Of a stretch of DNA of 64,000 bases, positions 46,624 to 56,306 are shown piece after piece. The stretch comes from an uncultured Chitinophaga sp. Lineage in GTDB: Bacteria > Bacteroidota > Bacteroidia > Chitinophagales > Chitinophagaceae. Below the pieces are notes generated by a model that saw only the letters and a program-made list of their open reading frames with translations, was not told the origin of the DNA and searched no databases. The stretch spans positions 6,638 through 70,637 of the forward strand of contig CAYRHU010000004.1 of assembly GCA_964424155.1 (NCBI GenBank). The letters are read 5' to 3'. The position numbers and the translations under genes were made by a program. Position 1 is the first letter of the stretch. The number at the start of each line of letters is the position of its first letter.

Positions 46624-47718
46624 ATGAAAATCCACGAGGTGATTTCCTTTTTGGAGCGCAAGGCGCCTCCTGCGCTGCAGGAAAAATATGACAACACCGG
46701 TCTGATCACCGGTGAGGCCCAATGGGAATGCACGGGAATCCTTTGCGCACTCGATGCAACAGAAGAAGTGATCCGGGAAGCGGTTTCCCGGCAATGCAAT
46801 CTGGTGGTGGCACATCACCCCATTATATTCGGCGGACTCAAAAGGATTATCGGAAATAATTACGTGGAGCGAACCGTGATTACCGCGATTAAAAATGATA
46901 TAGCCATTTATGCCATCCATACCAGCCTCGATAATGTGGCGCAGGGTGTAAACGGAAGAATGGCGGCCGTGCTGGGTCTGCAGCAAACACAGGTACTGCT
47001 CCCGAAAACCGAAGTGCTCCGGAAACTGTTCACTTTTGTACCCGCCGATTATGCAAATATGGTGCGGACATCGGTGTTTAACGCCGGGGGAGGACATATC
47101 AGCAACTACAGCGAGTGCAGTTTCAACACGGAAGGTACCGGAACATTCAAAGCAGGTGAAGGCACGCAGCCTTTCGTGGGTGAACCCGGCCGGCAACACC
47201 AGGAAAAGGAAATCCGGATAGAGATCATTTATCCGGCTTATGCCGAAGAGGGCATCATCGCCGCCATGAAAAAAGCCCATCCTTATGAAGAAGTGGCTTA
47301 TGATATTGTCAGTTTATCCAATTCTCATCCCGGAATTGGTTCGGGCCTCATCGGCCGGTTGCCAGAACCCATGCCGGAAAGGGAATTCCTGGAGAAACTC
47401 AAATTGGTTTTCAGGATACCGGTGGTGCGACATACCCGGATGCTCAACCGGCCCATCCAGCAAGTCGCCCTTTGCGGCGGCGCCGGCAGTTTCCTGATTT
47501 CCAGGGCATTAGCAGCCCGTGCCGATGCCTATATTAGCGCCGATATCAAATATCATGAGTTTTTTGATGCAAACGACAGGCTGCTTCTTTGCGATGTGGG
47601 GCACTATGAAAGCGAACAGTTCACCATCGACCTGCTGCAGGAGGAACTGCAGCAAAATTTCCCTACCTTTGCCGTCCTTAAAACAGGGGTGATAACCAAC
47701 CCGGTAAACTATTTCTAA
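46624..47718 (+). CDS. Nif3-like dinuclear metal centre protein
   Basis: VVAHHPIIF and YAIHTSLDN motifs, with C-terminal GHYESE. Confidence 0.9.
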   Translation: MKIHEVISFLERKAPPALQEKYDNTGLITGEAQWECTGILCALDATEEVIREAVSRQCNLVVAHHPIIFGGLKRIIGNNYVERTVITAIKNDIAIYAIHTSLDNVAQGVNGRMAAVLGLQQTQVLLPKTEVLRKLFTFVPADYANMVRTSVFNAGGGHISNYSECSFNTEGTGTFKAGEGTQPFVGEPGRQHQEKEIRIEIIYPAYAEEGIIAAMKKAHPYEEVAYDIVSLSNSHPGIGSGLIGRLPEPMPEREFLEKLKLVFRIPVVRHTRMLNRPIQQVALCGGAGSFLISRALAARADAYISADIKYHEFFDANDRLLLCDVGHYESEQFTIDLLQEELQQNFPTFAVLKTGVITNPVNYF

Positions 47719-47784
47719 CAGGATACCCAAACGGCCGGTGAGGGAAAGTGCCCCGAACTTTTAACCCCAAACAGTAAATGCAGA

Positions 47785-48540
47785 ATGGCAAACGTCAAAG
47801 AATTTTCAGTCGAAGAAAAACTGACCTCACTGCTGACCCTTCAAAAAATCGAAAGCAAACTGGATGAACTCAAGATCCTGAAAGGGGAGCTGCCCATGGA
47901 AGTGGCCGACCTGGAAGATGAGATCCAGGGATTGCATGCCCGGCAAACCCGTATTGAAGAGGAGATCAACGGGGTAACGGATTTCATCGAACAGCGGAAA
48001 AATGCCATTAAGGAAGCGGAGGCGCTCATTAAAAAATACGAAAAGCAAAGTACCAACGTAAAGAATAACCGCGAGTTTGAAGCGATCAACAAGGAGATCG
48101 AAATGCAGCAGCTGGAAATGAAACTGGCGGAGAAACACATCAAGGACGCCACGGAAGAGATCGCGGAGAAAGCCGTATTACTCGATAAGGCAAAAAAGAA
48201 TATTGCGGCCAAAGAAGGGATACTGGCGACCAAGAAGGGCGAACTGGAAAAGATCATCGCGGCCAATGAGAAGGAAGAAAAACATTTCAATAAAATGGCC
48301 GTCGATGCCCGTGAACATGTCGATGAGCGGCTGCTCGCCGGATATGATAAGATCCGCCGGAGCTATCGGAATGGCCTGGCCGTGGTGCCCGTGGAAAGAG
48401 ATGCCTGCGGTGGTTGTTTCAACGCGATCCCCCCACAAAAGCAGAGTGAGATCCGCCAGCACAAGAAAGTGATGATCTGCGAAAACTGCGGGCGCATCCT
48501 GGTTGACGAGGACCTGAATAACAAAGTGTCCATCAGCTAA
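47785..48540 (+). CDS. coiled-coil protein with C-terminal C4 zinc ribbon (COG1579-type)
   Basis: Long heptad-rich coiled coil, then CGGC...17 aa...CENCGR. Canonical neighbour of nif3. Confidence 0.85.
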   Translation: MANVKEFSVEEKLTSLLTLQKIESKLDELKILKGELPMEVADLEDEIQGLHARQTRIEEEINGVTDFIEQRKNAIKEAEALIKKYEKQSTNVKNNREFEAINKEIEMQQLEMKLAEKHIKDATEEIAEKAVLLDKAKKNIAAKEGILATKKGELEKIIAANEKEEKHFNKMAVDAREHVDERLLAGYDKIRRSYRNGLAVVPVERDACGGCFNAIPPQKQSEIRQHKKVMICENCGRILVDEDLNNKVSIS

Positions 48541-48564
48541 CTGGTCCTGAAAAAAAATTGGGAA

Positions 48565-48596
48565 AAACCGTTCCGGGACAGGAACGGTTTTTTTAT
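48565..48596 (+). terminator. rho-independent terminator after the zinc-ribbon gene
   Basis: AAACCGTTCC 48565-48574 / GGAACGGTTT 48581-48590, then TTTT. Confidence 0.85.
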
Positions 48597-48678
48597 TTAC
48601 CCGTTATCCCGGAAAAATAACGGGCGGCCGGGGATTCTTCGGAGTGAAATCTCACCGCAAAAAACTAATTTGCCACCC

Positions 48679-50358
48679 GTGCTCCAGCGTTTGCTCATAC
48701 AGAATTATGTCCTCATCGACGAACTCGAGATCTCCTTTTCCCAGCATCTGAATGTGATTACAGGTGAAACCGGTGCCGGAAAATCCATCATTGTTGGGGC
48801 GTTGGGCCTGATACTGGGTGAAAGGGCCGATGCCGGCGCACTGGGGAACAGGGAAAAAAAATGCGTGATCGAAGGGGTCTTTGTTCCGGATAAAAAGAAA
48901 TCAGTATTGCAATTCCTGGCCAAAAATGAACTGGACGGGTCCGATGAACTCATTCTTCGCCGGGAGATAGCGGTCAGCGGTAAGAGCCGCGCTTTTATCA
49001 ACGATACCCCGGTGAACCTGTCGCAACTGCAGGAGCTCAGCCGGCAACTGGTCGACCTGCATCAGCAGTTCGATACCCTGGACCTGGCCACCAGTGATTT
49101 TCAGCGGGAGGTGATCGACGCGCTGTCCGCACAGGGAAACCGGGTGTCGGAATATGAATCGGCCTGGCGGAAATGGCAGGAATTGAGTAAAGAAACAGAG
49201 AGACTGAAGGAAGAGCAGCAGCGGTTTGACCGGGAAGCGGATTATCATCGCTTCCAGTTCTCCGAACTGGAGGAAGCGGGTTTCCGGGAAAACGAACTGG
49301 AGGAAGCAGAGGCCGAACTCAGGCGGCTCAGCCACTCGGAAGGGATCCGGTCGGTGGTGGGTAACGTGTACCACGAACTGTGGGAGAGTGACACACCCCT
49401 GGTGCAGCAGCTGAAACATTTACTGAACCAGTTGCAACCTTTTACGGAATACCATACCGCTCTTCCCGCTTTAACGGATCGGCTCCGCTCGGCACAGATC
49501 GAATTGCAGGATATAGCTGAAGAACTGGACCGTATCAATGACCAGGTGCAATACGATCCCGAACGGGTTGAGCAACTGCAGGAACGGCTGTCGCTGGGAT
49601 ATAAACTGCAAAAGAAACATGGGGTGCGGTCCACCGCGGAATTGCTTGGTATAAAAGAGGAGCTGGCAACCAAACTGAAGACGGCGCTGGATCTGGAAGA
49701 AAGCATTCGACTGAAGGAACAGGAAGCGGTTCATCTTTACGGAGTGGCTTCCGCGCTGGCCGATGCGATCAGCGCCGGGCGGAAAAAACAATTGCAGCCG
49801 CTGGAGAAAAAAGTGAACAGCCTGCTCGTAAAAGTGGGCATGCCCAATGCGCGGCTGAAAGCGGAGATGAAAACGCAGCCTGAACTCAATGCATATGGAA
49901 AAGACATCATAGAATTTCTCTTCGATGCCAATGTACCGGCTTCAGAATCGGGTAAAGGGGCACAGTTCCAACCCGTTCGGAAAGTGGCGAGCGGGGGGGA
50001 ACTCAGCCGGTTAATGCTGTGTATAAAATCACTGGTGGCCCAATCGGTGGACTGGCCAACGATGATATTCGACGAGATCGATACCGGTATTTCCGGTGAA
50101 GCTGCCCGGCAGGTGGGCATTATTATGAAAGACATGGCGGCCAGCCGCCAGCTTATCTGTATCACGCACCAGCCACAGATCGCCGGGATGGCGGATGCGC
50201 ATTTCTATGTATACAAAGAAACCAGCCCAAACGCCGTACATACCAGCATCCGGCTTCTCGATAAGAATGAGCGGATCACGGCGATTGCCCGGATGCTCAG
50301 CGGGGAACAACCCTCGGCCGCGGCGCTGGAAAATGCCCGGGAACTGCTGAAAAACTGA
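48679..50358 (+). CDS. recN: DNA repair protein RecN
   Basis: Walker A GETGAGKS, long coiled coil, signature SGGELSR and Walker B MIFDEID. GTG 48679 (MLQRLLIQNY...) matches typical RecN N-termini better than TTG 48670. Confidence 0.93.
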   Translation: MLQRLLIQNYVLIDELEISFSQHLNVITGETGAGKSIIVGALGLILGERADAGALGNREKKCVIEGVFVPDKKKSVLQFLAKNELDGSDELILRREIAVSGKSRAFINDTPVNLSQLQELSRQLVDLHQQFDTLDLATSDFQREVIDALSAQGNRVSEYESAWRKWQELSKETERLKEEQQRFDREADYHRFQFSELEEAGFRENELEEAEAELRRLSHSEGIRSVVGNVYHELWESDTPLVQQLKHLLNQLQPFTEYHTALPALTDRLRSAQIELQDIAEELDRINDQVQYDPERVEQLQERLSLGYKLQKKHGVRSTAELLGIKEELATKLKTALDLEESIRLKEQEAVHLYGVASALADAISAGRKKQLQPLEKKVNSLLVKVGMPNARLKAEMKTQPELNAYGKDIIEFLFDANVPASESGKGAQFQPVRKVASGGELSRLMLCIKSLVAQSVDWPTMIFDEIDTGISGEAARQVGIIMKDMAASRQLICITHQPQIAGMADAHFYVYKETSPNAVHTSIRLLDKNERITAIARMLSGEQPSAAALENARELLKN

Positions 50359-50480
50359 ACCGCCCCAGGTTTTCCCTCGTAATTTTCCCGGGTTCACTTG
50401 AAAAAATACCCCGTGTCGGGTTGTGCAGACAGTTCTGCACGGTTGTTGCGCCAATTATCCCAACAACTAAAATCCGACTT

Positions 50481-50867
50481 ATGAAAAAAAATGTACTCAG
50501 GCTGCTTTTGCTCCTTCTTCCATTATTGCTGGCCATCCGGTTCAGCGCATCGGCTCAAAACACGGCAAAAAAATCAACGGCGCGTAAGGGTTCTTCCGAA
50601 ACAAGTCTCAGTTCCGTTATTCCGGGCGAAACCATCCAGTGTTATTACAGCGAGAACCAGGTTGTGGTGAACAAACTCAAACCCGACGAGTTTGACAAAG
50701 CGGCGGTGTATAATATGCAGGGAGCCCCGGTGCTCCGGCACCGGATTACGGCGGCTACGATCCGCATGGACGCGACCCCGCTGAATGAAGGCGTTTACCT
50801 GCTGGTGCTGAGTTCAACGATGTCGCTGCGGGAAAAAAGCTTTAAAGTGGTGGTTCACAGACATTGA
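50481..50867 (+). CDS. small secreted protein; the C-terminal half resembles a T9SS type-A sorting domain
   Basis: Internal ATG gives MKKNVLRLLLLLLPLLLAIRFSASAQ. Low-complexity linker, then ...VYNMQGAPVL...LNEGVYLLVL...KSFKVVV. No YPNP box. Confidence 0.55.
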   Translation: MKKNVLRLLLLLLPLLLAIRFSASAQNTAKKSTARKGSSETSLSSVIPGETIQCYYSENQVVVNKLKPDEFDKAAVYNMQGAPVLRHRITAATIRMDATPLNEGVYLLVLSSTMSLREKSFKVVVHRH

Positions 50868-50998
50868 AACCAGCCTTACCATAATTAATAAGAGACCCCG
50901 GTATTTCCCCTTACATAAAAAATACCCTGAAAGTAGTATTGACTTCCGGTCGCGTCTGACGGATATTACAGTTATTCCCCAACCGTAAATTACCGTCT

Positions 50999-52060
50999 AT
51001 GCCTTATTATCCCGGTCTCAATTACAGCAAACAGCTTACCTGGGAAAAGAAATTCGTCCGCGACCGGCTTTTATTGCTAAAGGATAAACTGGCCGGTGCG
51101 ATTCCAGGGAAAACGGTGGATGAGACCCTCCTGCTGGCTACCTGGAATATCCGGGAATTTGATTCAGAGAAATATGGTGCGAGGCTGGAAAGCACCTATT
51201 ATTATATGGCGGAGATCATTTCCCATTTCGATCTGGTGGCCGTGCAGGAAGTAAGGGATGACCTGACGGCGTTCAAAAAACTGATGCGAATCCTCGGTAA
51301 TGACTGGGATTACGTGGTGTCGGATATTACGGAGGGTAAGGCCGGTAACGGCGAAAGAATGGCGTTTGTTTACGACAAGCGCAAAGTACAGTTCAAAAGA
51401 ATGGCCGGTGAACTGGTGTTGCCGGAAAAAAAAGGAGGTGTTACCCTTCAGTTTGCCAGGACACCCTATATTGTTTCGTTCCAGTCGGGCTGGTTCAAAT
51501 TCAATATCACCACGGCCCATGCCTATTATGGAAAAGGCAAACCCGGAATGAAGCGAAGGGTGAACGAGATCCGTGAAGCCGCCCTCTTCCTCAAAGCCCG
51601 GGCGGCGAGGGAGGCAAAGACGGTGCAGCAAAAAAAAGAACTGGTGAGCCGCTGGGATAATTACAGTTATGTGCTCCTGGGAGATTTCAACATCATCAAC
51701 CGGGAGGATGAAACATTCAAAGCGTTGACGAAGGGAACCAATTTCTTCATCCACGAAGGCGTGTTGAAGAACCAACTGGAGGGAACCAATGTGAAAAGAG
51801 ACATGTACTACGACCAGATCGCTTTCCTGAAGAAGGATGATCTCCTTGAAATGGGACAGGGTGCCGGGGTCTTTGATTTTTATGAATTCATTTTCACGGA
51901 GGAAGATTTTTCCCATTATAAAAGTAAAATGAAGACCTCTTCGGCCAAAACGTTGCGAACGTACCGGGACTGGCGCACCTACCAGATGTCGGACCACCTG
52001 CCCATGTGGGTGGAGATGCGGATCGATTTTTCAAGAAAATACCTGGAAGCGGTGAAGTAA
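50999..52060 (+). CDS. endonuclease/exonuclease/phosphatase (EEP, DNase I-like) family protein, cytoplasmic
   Basis: All four EEP hallmark blocks are present: ATWNIRE, VAVQEV, LLGDFN, SDHLPMW. No signal peptide. Confidence 0.8.
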   Translation: MPYYPGLNYSKQLTWEKKFVRDRLLLLKDKLAGAIPGKTVDETLLLATWNIREFDSEKYGARLESTYYYMAEIISHFDLVAVQEVRDDLTAFKKLMRILGNDWDYVVSDITEGKAGNGERMAFVYDKRKVQFKRMAGELVLPEKKGGVTLQFARTPYIVSFQSGWFKFNITTAHAYYGKGKPGMKRRVNEIREAALFLKARAAREAKTVQQKKELVSRWDNYSYVLLGDFNIINREDETFKALTKGTNFFIHEGVLKNQLEGTNVKRDMYYDQIAFLKKDDLLEMGQGAGVFDFYEFIFTEEDFSHYKSKMKTSSAKTLRTYRDWRTYQMSDHLPMWVEMRIDFSRKYLEAVK

Positions 52061-52096
52061 CGGGAAAAAGGTGTCTGTGACCCGTTCATTTTTTTA
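52059..52096 (+). terminator. probable terminator after the EEP gene
   Basis: AACGGG 52059-52064 / CCCGTT 52081-52086, followed by CATTTTTTT. The stem is short. Confidence 0.45.
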
Positions 52097-53653
52097 TCAC
52101 TGGTACCATTGCCGGAGAAAATCAACCCCGTTGCGGTAAAAGATATTTTCCAGCAATGTGTCCGGGTCCGTAAAGTCTGATACCCGGAATCCCGTTTCGT
52201 CATGATCCGCGAATTCCTCTTCCCAAACCCGGAAGTTCTGCAGCAGTTGTTCTCTGAATGAGGTCAGTTCCGTTACATTTTTACAACAGTCAAGGGGATT
52301 GATCATCCCGTCGAAGTCGGATCCGATGCAGATGCGCTGCGCCATGGTGGCGTCCGGGATGCCGTACCTCCTGGCGATCACAAAGAGATGAAAGACCTGG
52401 TTCATGAAATGACGGGCATGAAAACGAACGGAGTTCTGCCGGTCCGTGGTTCGGATATCCTCCGGTTTCAGCACGGCTTCGTCCGGTACCGGGTTCCGGT
52501 TCAATGAGCGGTCACGGAAAAGTTCCTTCTCGCCGGGGCTGATCACTTCCTGTTCATAGATCTCATCCAAATAATCGGGCGAAAGCATCCCGTCTTCGGG
52601 GGTGCCCAGTATCCGCTGGTCCATTGAGAGCCCGATCAGCCCGCCGGAGCGGACGATCTCCGCCACGTCATCATCATACAGGTTGATGCTGGAAGCGTTG
52701 AAAGAGGTACCCTGCAGGTAGCCGGTCGGTTTATAATGTTTGACCCGCAGGTAACCTTCGCCGAAACTGCGGCTGTGCAGGAAGTAGCGGTACCGGTTCT
52801 GCGAATGGATGCCGGTGAGACCCGCGTGGGTGCAAACAAGCGGCCAGTGAGGTCCATGCAATCCCATCGCGTAGATCTGTTGTCTTGCCATCAGGCTGGT
52901 ATGCTTGATATCGCAGAGTATTTTTTTCTCCTTCATGGCGAGCAGGAGTTGCAGGCCTTCATTGGAGATCAGCGTGCCGCCCGGGAAAAAGGGTTCGGGT
53001 TTGAAGATCTGGATCCCGAATGCATGGTTGCAAAAATCATTGTTCTCCAGGTGGGCGATGTTCATCGCGAAGATCCGGACGTTCCGGGTTTCGGTGAAAT
53101 GACGGAAGTTTTGCCAGAATTTATCCATGATTTGTGCCGGCGTTTGGCCGCTGCGTTGTCCATAAAATGCATGAGGCCCCTCCACGTTGAGGATCGCGTG
53201 CACCGTATTCATGTCTGTTGGATTGTATTCGCTGAACCGGCGGATTAATTTTAATTGTTTCCCCTGGCGGGAAAGATTTTGTTCCAGGTGGTCCAGCTCT
53301 TCATTCAATAAAGTGGAATAAATATCACCGGTGCCGATCAGGTCCACTTTATCGTTATCGATATAACTGGTTTGTTCTTCTTCAGCTATCTTCTGTATCA
53401 GGCCGTCGCGCATCATGGCCGCTTCCGGCGGGTGAAGCGCGATGGCGACCAGGTTAACGCCGCCTTCGATGAGTTGGGTGAGACTGGCCTGCGAATCCAC
53501 CACCTCGTTGATACCCTGGCATTTCAGCAAACGCAGTAACAGGTCGGGGTCGCGGAAACGCAGATGAATCAGGTCCCAGGGAGAGGGCTTGTTACCGGGA
53601 GCCGTGAATTGGGCTTTCAGGGAGGGGTGGAGGTGAAAATCAAAAAATGCCAT
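52097..53653 (-). CDS. divergent membrane-dipeptidase (M19)-like amidohydrolase-fold protein
   Basis: 518 aa. N-terminal FDFHLHP (HxH), IAHLENN, CDIKHTS, VCTHAG and C-terminal GSDFDG, in the order expected for M19-type metal ligands, with long insertions. No signal peptide. Confidence 0.65.
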   Translation of the reverse strand: MAFFDFHLHPSLKAQFTAPGNKPSPWDLIHLRFRDPDLLLRLLKCQGINEVVDSQASLTQLIEGGVNLVAIALHPPEAAMMRDGLIQKIAEEEQTSYIDNDKVDLIGTGDIYSTLLNEELDHLEQNLSRQGKQLKLIRRFSEYNPTDMNTVHAILNVEGPHAFYGQRSGQTPAQIMDKFWQNFRHFTETRNVRIFAMNIAHLENNDFCNHAFGIQIFKPEPFFPGGTLISNEGLQLLLAMKEKKILCDIKHTSLMARQQIYAMGLHGPHWPLVCTHAGLTGIHSQNRYRYFLHSRSFGEGYLRVKHYKPTGYLQGTSFNASSINLYDDDVAEIVRSGGLIGLSMDQRILGTPEDGMLSPDYLDEIYEQEVISPGEKELFRDRSLNRNPVPDEAVLKPEDIRTTDRQNSVRFHARHFMNQVFHLFVIARRYGIPDATMAQRICIGSDFDGMINPLDCCKNVTELTSFREQLLQNFRVWEEEFADHDETGFRVSDFTDPDTLLENIFYRNGVDFLRQWYQ

Positions 53654-53720
53654 ACGGGAGCACCGGTTTTGGCGACAAGCTCGGTTTTTTTGGAAATAAC
53701 AGCAATAACCTCTTTGTGGT

Positions 53721-53755
53721 ATTTATATAAAGAAGACCCGGTCAAACGGGTCTTC
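53721..53755 (-). terminator. terminator after the 167-aa hypothetical gene
   Basis: GAAGACCCG 53732-53740 / CGGGTCTTC 53747-53755, followed on the minus strand by TTTATATAAAT. Confidence 0.65.
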
Positions 53756-53801
53756 CCATTGATGAATTATTTGGTAAAGTATATGATTCAGTCCGGGTGG
53801 G

Positions 53802-54305
53802 TCAGGCGCAAAGTTCCACCTTAAAAGCCAGGCTGAAATAAGAGTAAAACCGTTCCCCTATCCGACCGGTATCGCTGCTCCAGGCCTGGCCGAAGGCAAA
53901 CGGCCGGTGGGCATGGCTGACGGCTTCCCCGATCCCAATGATCCCTTCCTGTGTTTGCAGGCGGAACCCATAGTGATTGTCCTGCTGCAGGCTTACCGGG
54001 TCCAGTTCAAACCGAAGCCAGTGGGAGACATCGTTCCGTTCAATCGCCAGTCGGCTCTGGCCGATAACGGGTCCCCAGGTCTTTGCCGCCGGGTCGAATT
54101 CATGAAGGGTAAGCAACACCTCACCAGGTTGGGTAACAGCAGATGTATAAACCTGGATATTGTTGATCTGCCCGGATGAAGGACAGGAAAATGTTTGTCC
54201 GGCCAAACGGTCGTTTGTGTCATTGGTAATGTGACCGATCCAGAGCGTGGTGTTTTTTTCGGTCTGGCTGAGAACGGGACGGCTGCCGCGGGGCGTAGTT
54301 TTCAT
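53802..54305 (-). CDS. hypothetical protein (167 aa)
   Basis: ORF with good coding-like composition and its own terminator hairpin downstream. No motif recognised. Start at Met 54303-54305 or at 54344. Confidence 0.5.
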   Translation of the reverse strand: MKTTPRGSRPVLSQTEKNTTLWIGHITNDTNDRLAGQTFSCPSSGQINNIQVYTSAVTQPGEVLLTLHEFDPAAKTWGPVIGQSRLAIERNDVSHWLRFELDPVSLQQDNHYGFRLQTQEGIIGIGEAVSHAHRPFAFGQAWSSDTGRIGERFYSYFSLAFKVELCA

Positions 54306-54510
54306 GATCGCTTTTTTAAAGGTTAAACAATGAAAAGCAGTCATTTTGGTAGGGTACTATGGTCAAATAACTCCATCCGCCCCGGTTTATTGCGCAGGTA
54401 ACGAAAATCAGGCGCCCCCGGTATAATTTTATGCACTCATGTGCTGATTTTTTCGGGGTTTTTACGAGGAATTGGGGTAAATTGAAAGAGACTTCGGGAT
54501 ACCGGGACCT

Positions 54511-54519
54511 TGTGGATAA
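54511..54519 (-). promoter_or_regulatory. single perfect DnaA-box sequence (TTATCCACA on the minus strand)
   Basis: TGTGGATAA at 54511-54519, 211 nt upstream of dnaB. It is the only copy I found in the intergenic regions I scanned by eye. Confidence 0.4.
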
Positions 54520-54729
54520 CCCACTGCGGGCAGGTGAAAAAAAGGTGCAGAAAGAAAAAGTTATAGCAAATGAAAATCGGTAGGTGGGCAGCCCTTATTT
54601 TCGCTTTCTGACTGACGGAAACATTCCACTAACACAGAAATAACGATTTCTTAAAGCAAGACCGGATATGCGCCTAAAGTCATTGGTCAAAACAATCAAT
54701 GGTTAATTTTTTATCGCCGTTACTGTACA

Positions 54730-56295
54730 ATGGATCTGACAAATCTCAATAAAGACCGCAAACAAAGAAGAAAATCCGCACTCGATCTCGGCACCATGGT
54801 TTTTGGAAAAGTGCCCCCGCAGGCAAAAGACCTGGAGGAAGCTGTTCTGGGCGCCGTCATGCTCGAAAAATCAGCATTTGATACAGTCGTGGAGATCCTG
54901 AAACCCGAATGTTTTTACGTGGAGGCCCATCAGCGCATTTTCAGGGCCATGCAAAGCCTGAGCAACAAAAGCCAGCCCATCGATATCCTTACCGTGGCCG
55001 AAGAACTTCGTTTCCGCGAAGAACTGGACATGGTGGGCGGCGCGTATTATGTTACCAAGCTGACCAACGCGGTGGTCTCTGCCGCAAATATCGAAGCGCA
55101 CTCGCGGATCATCCTGCAAAAATTCATCCAGCGCGAACTGATCCGCATCAGCGGGGAGATCATTGGCGACGCGTACGAGGATTCGACCGATGTGTTTGAC
55201 CTGCTGGACGATGCCGAAAGCAAACTGTTTGAGATCACCAACAATCACCTCCGGAAAAATTTCGATACCATCGATTCTGTGCTGGTAAAGACCATTCAAC
55301 GGATCGAAGACCTTCGTCATAAGAATGAAGATGTAACCGGTGTGCCCAGCGGATTTCCATCGCTCGACCGGGTAACATACGGCTGGCAGAACACCGACCT
55401 TATTATCCTGGCGGCCCGTCCCGCCGTGGGTAAAACGGCCTTCGCCCTCAACCTGGCCCGCAACGCGGCCATGAATCCCGCCAAGCAAACACCGGTGGCC
55501 CTGTTCTCGCTCGAGATGAGCGCGGGTCAGCTGGTGCAGCGTATCCTGGCCGCGGAAAGTGAGATCTGGCTGGAGAAGATCGCCCGGGGGAAACTGGAGG
55601 AGCATGAAATGAAACAGCTCTATGCGAGAGGTATCCAGCGCCTCGCACAGGCGCCTTTGTTTATCGACGACACACCGGCGCTGAACATCTTTGAATTGCG
55701 GGCCAAGTGCCGCCGGTTGAAGAACAAGCACAATATCGGTCTCATCATCATCGACTACCTGCAGCTGATGAGCGGTACCGGCGAGAACCGCAACAGCAAC
55801 CGGGAACAGGAGATCAGTAATATTTCACGCAATCTCAAGGCGCTGGCCAAAGAACTGAGCGTACCCATCATCGCCCTTTCCCAGTTAAGCCGCGCGGTGG
55901 AAACCCGCAGCGCCGGAAAAGACGGCAATAAGATGCCGCAATTGAGCGATCTCCGTGAATCGGGCGCCATCGAGCAGGATGCCGACATGGTCATGTTCCT
56001 GTACCGCCCCGAGTATTACGATATCACCACCAACGAAATGGGCGAGAGCAACCGCGGGGAAACGATCGTGCGTATCGCCAAGCACCGGAACGGGTCACTC
56101 GAAACGATCAAATTAAAAGCCCTTCTCCATATCCAGAAATTCACCGAGGAAGATGGCGGCGGCGGAATGGGCAGCGGTCTGCCCGGCAACTGGAAACCGG
56201 TCAGCGATATTGACGGGGAGGGCGGCGCCCGGGTGTTCATACAAACCGGCAGCAAGATGAATGATCTGCCGGATGATGAGGAAACACCTTTTTGA
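54730..56295 (+). CDS. dnaB: replicative DNA helicase DnaB
   Basis: N-terminal DnaB domain (PPQAKDLEEAVLGA), Walker A ARPAVGKT, IIDYLQLM, and a Gly-rich acidic C-terminal extension. Confidence 0.96.
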   Translation: MDLTNLNKDRKQRRKSALDLGTMVFGKVPPQAKDLEEAVLGAVMLEKSAFDTVVEILKPECFYVEAHQRIFRAMQSLSNKSQPIDILTVAEELRFREELDMVGGAYYVTKLTNAVVSAANIEAHSRIILQKFIQRELIRISGEIIGDAYEDSTDVFDLLDDAESKLFEITNNHLRKNFDTIDSVLVKTIQRIEDLRHKNEDVTGVPSGFPSLDRVTYGWQNTDLIILAARPAVGKTAFALNLARNAAMNPAKQTPVALFSLEMSAGQLVQRILAAESEIWLEKIARGKLEEHEMKQLYARGIQRLAQAPLFIDDTPALNIFELRAKCRRLKNKHNIGLIIIDYLQLMSGTGENRNSNREQEISNISRNLKALAKELSVPIIALSQLSRAVETRSAGKDGNKMPQLSDLRESGAIEQDADMVMFLYRPEYYDITTNEMGESNRGETIVRIAKHRNGSLETIKLKALLHIQKFTEEDGGGGMGSGLPGNWKPVSDIDGEGGARVFIQTGSKMNDLPDDEETPF

Positions 56296-56306
56296 GGCCC
56301 CCTAAA

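Noticed and set aside
50999-54305. Treating the EEP, M19-like and 167-aa genes as one operon-encoded defence system.
   Set aside because: The gene orientation is convergent and terminator hairpins separate the units. No partner domains typical of known defence systems are present. I keep it only as a low-confidence islet finding.
54345-54729. Replication origin next to dnaB.
   Set aside because: Only one DnaA box is present. There is no cluster of boxes and no obvious AT-rich unwinding element.
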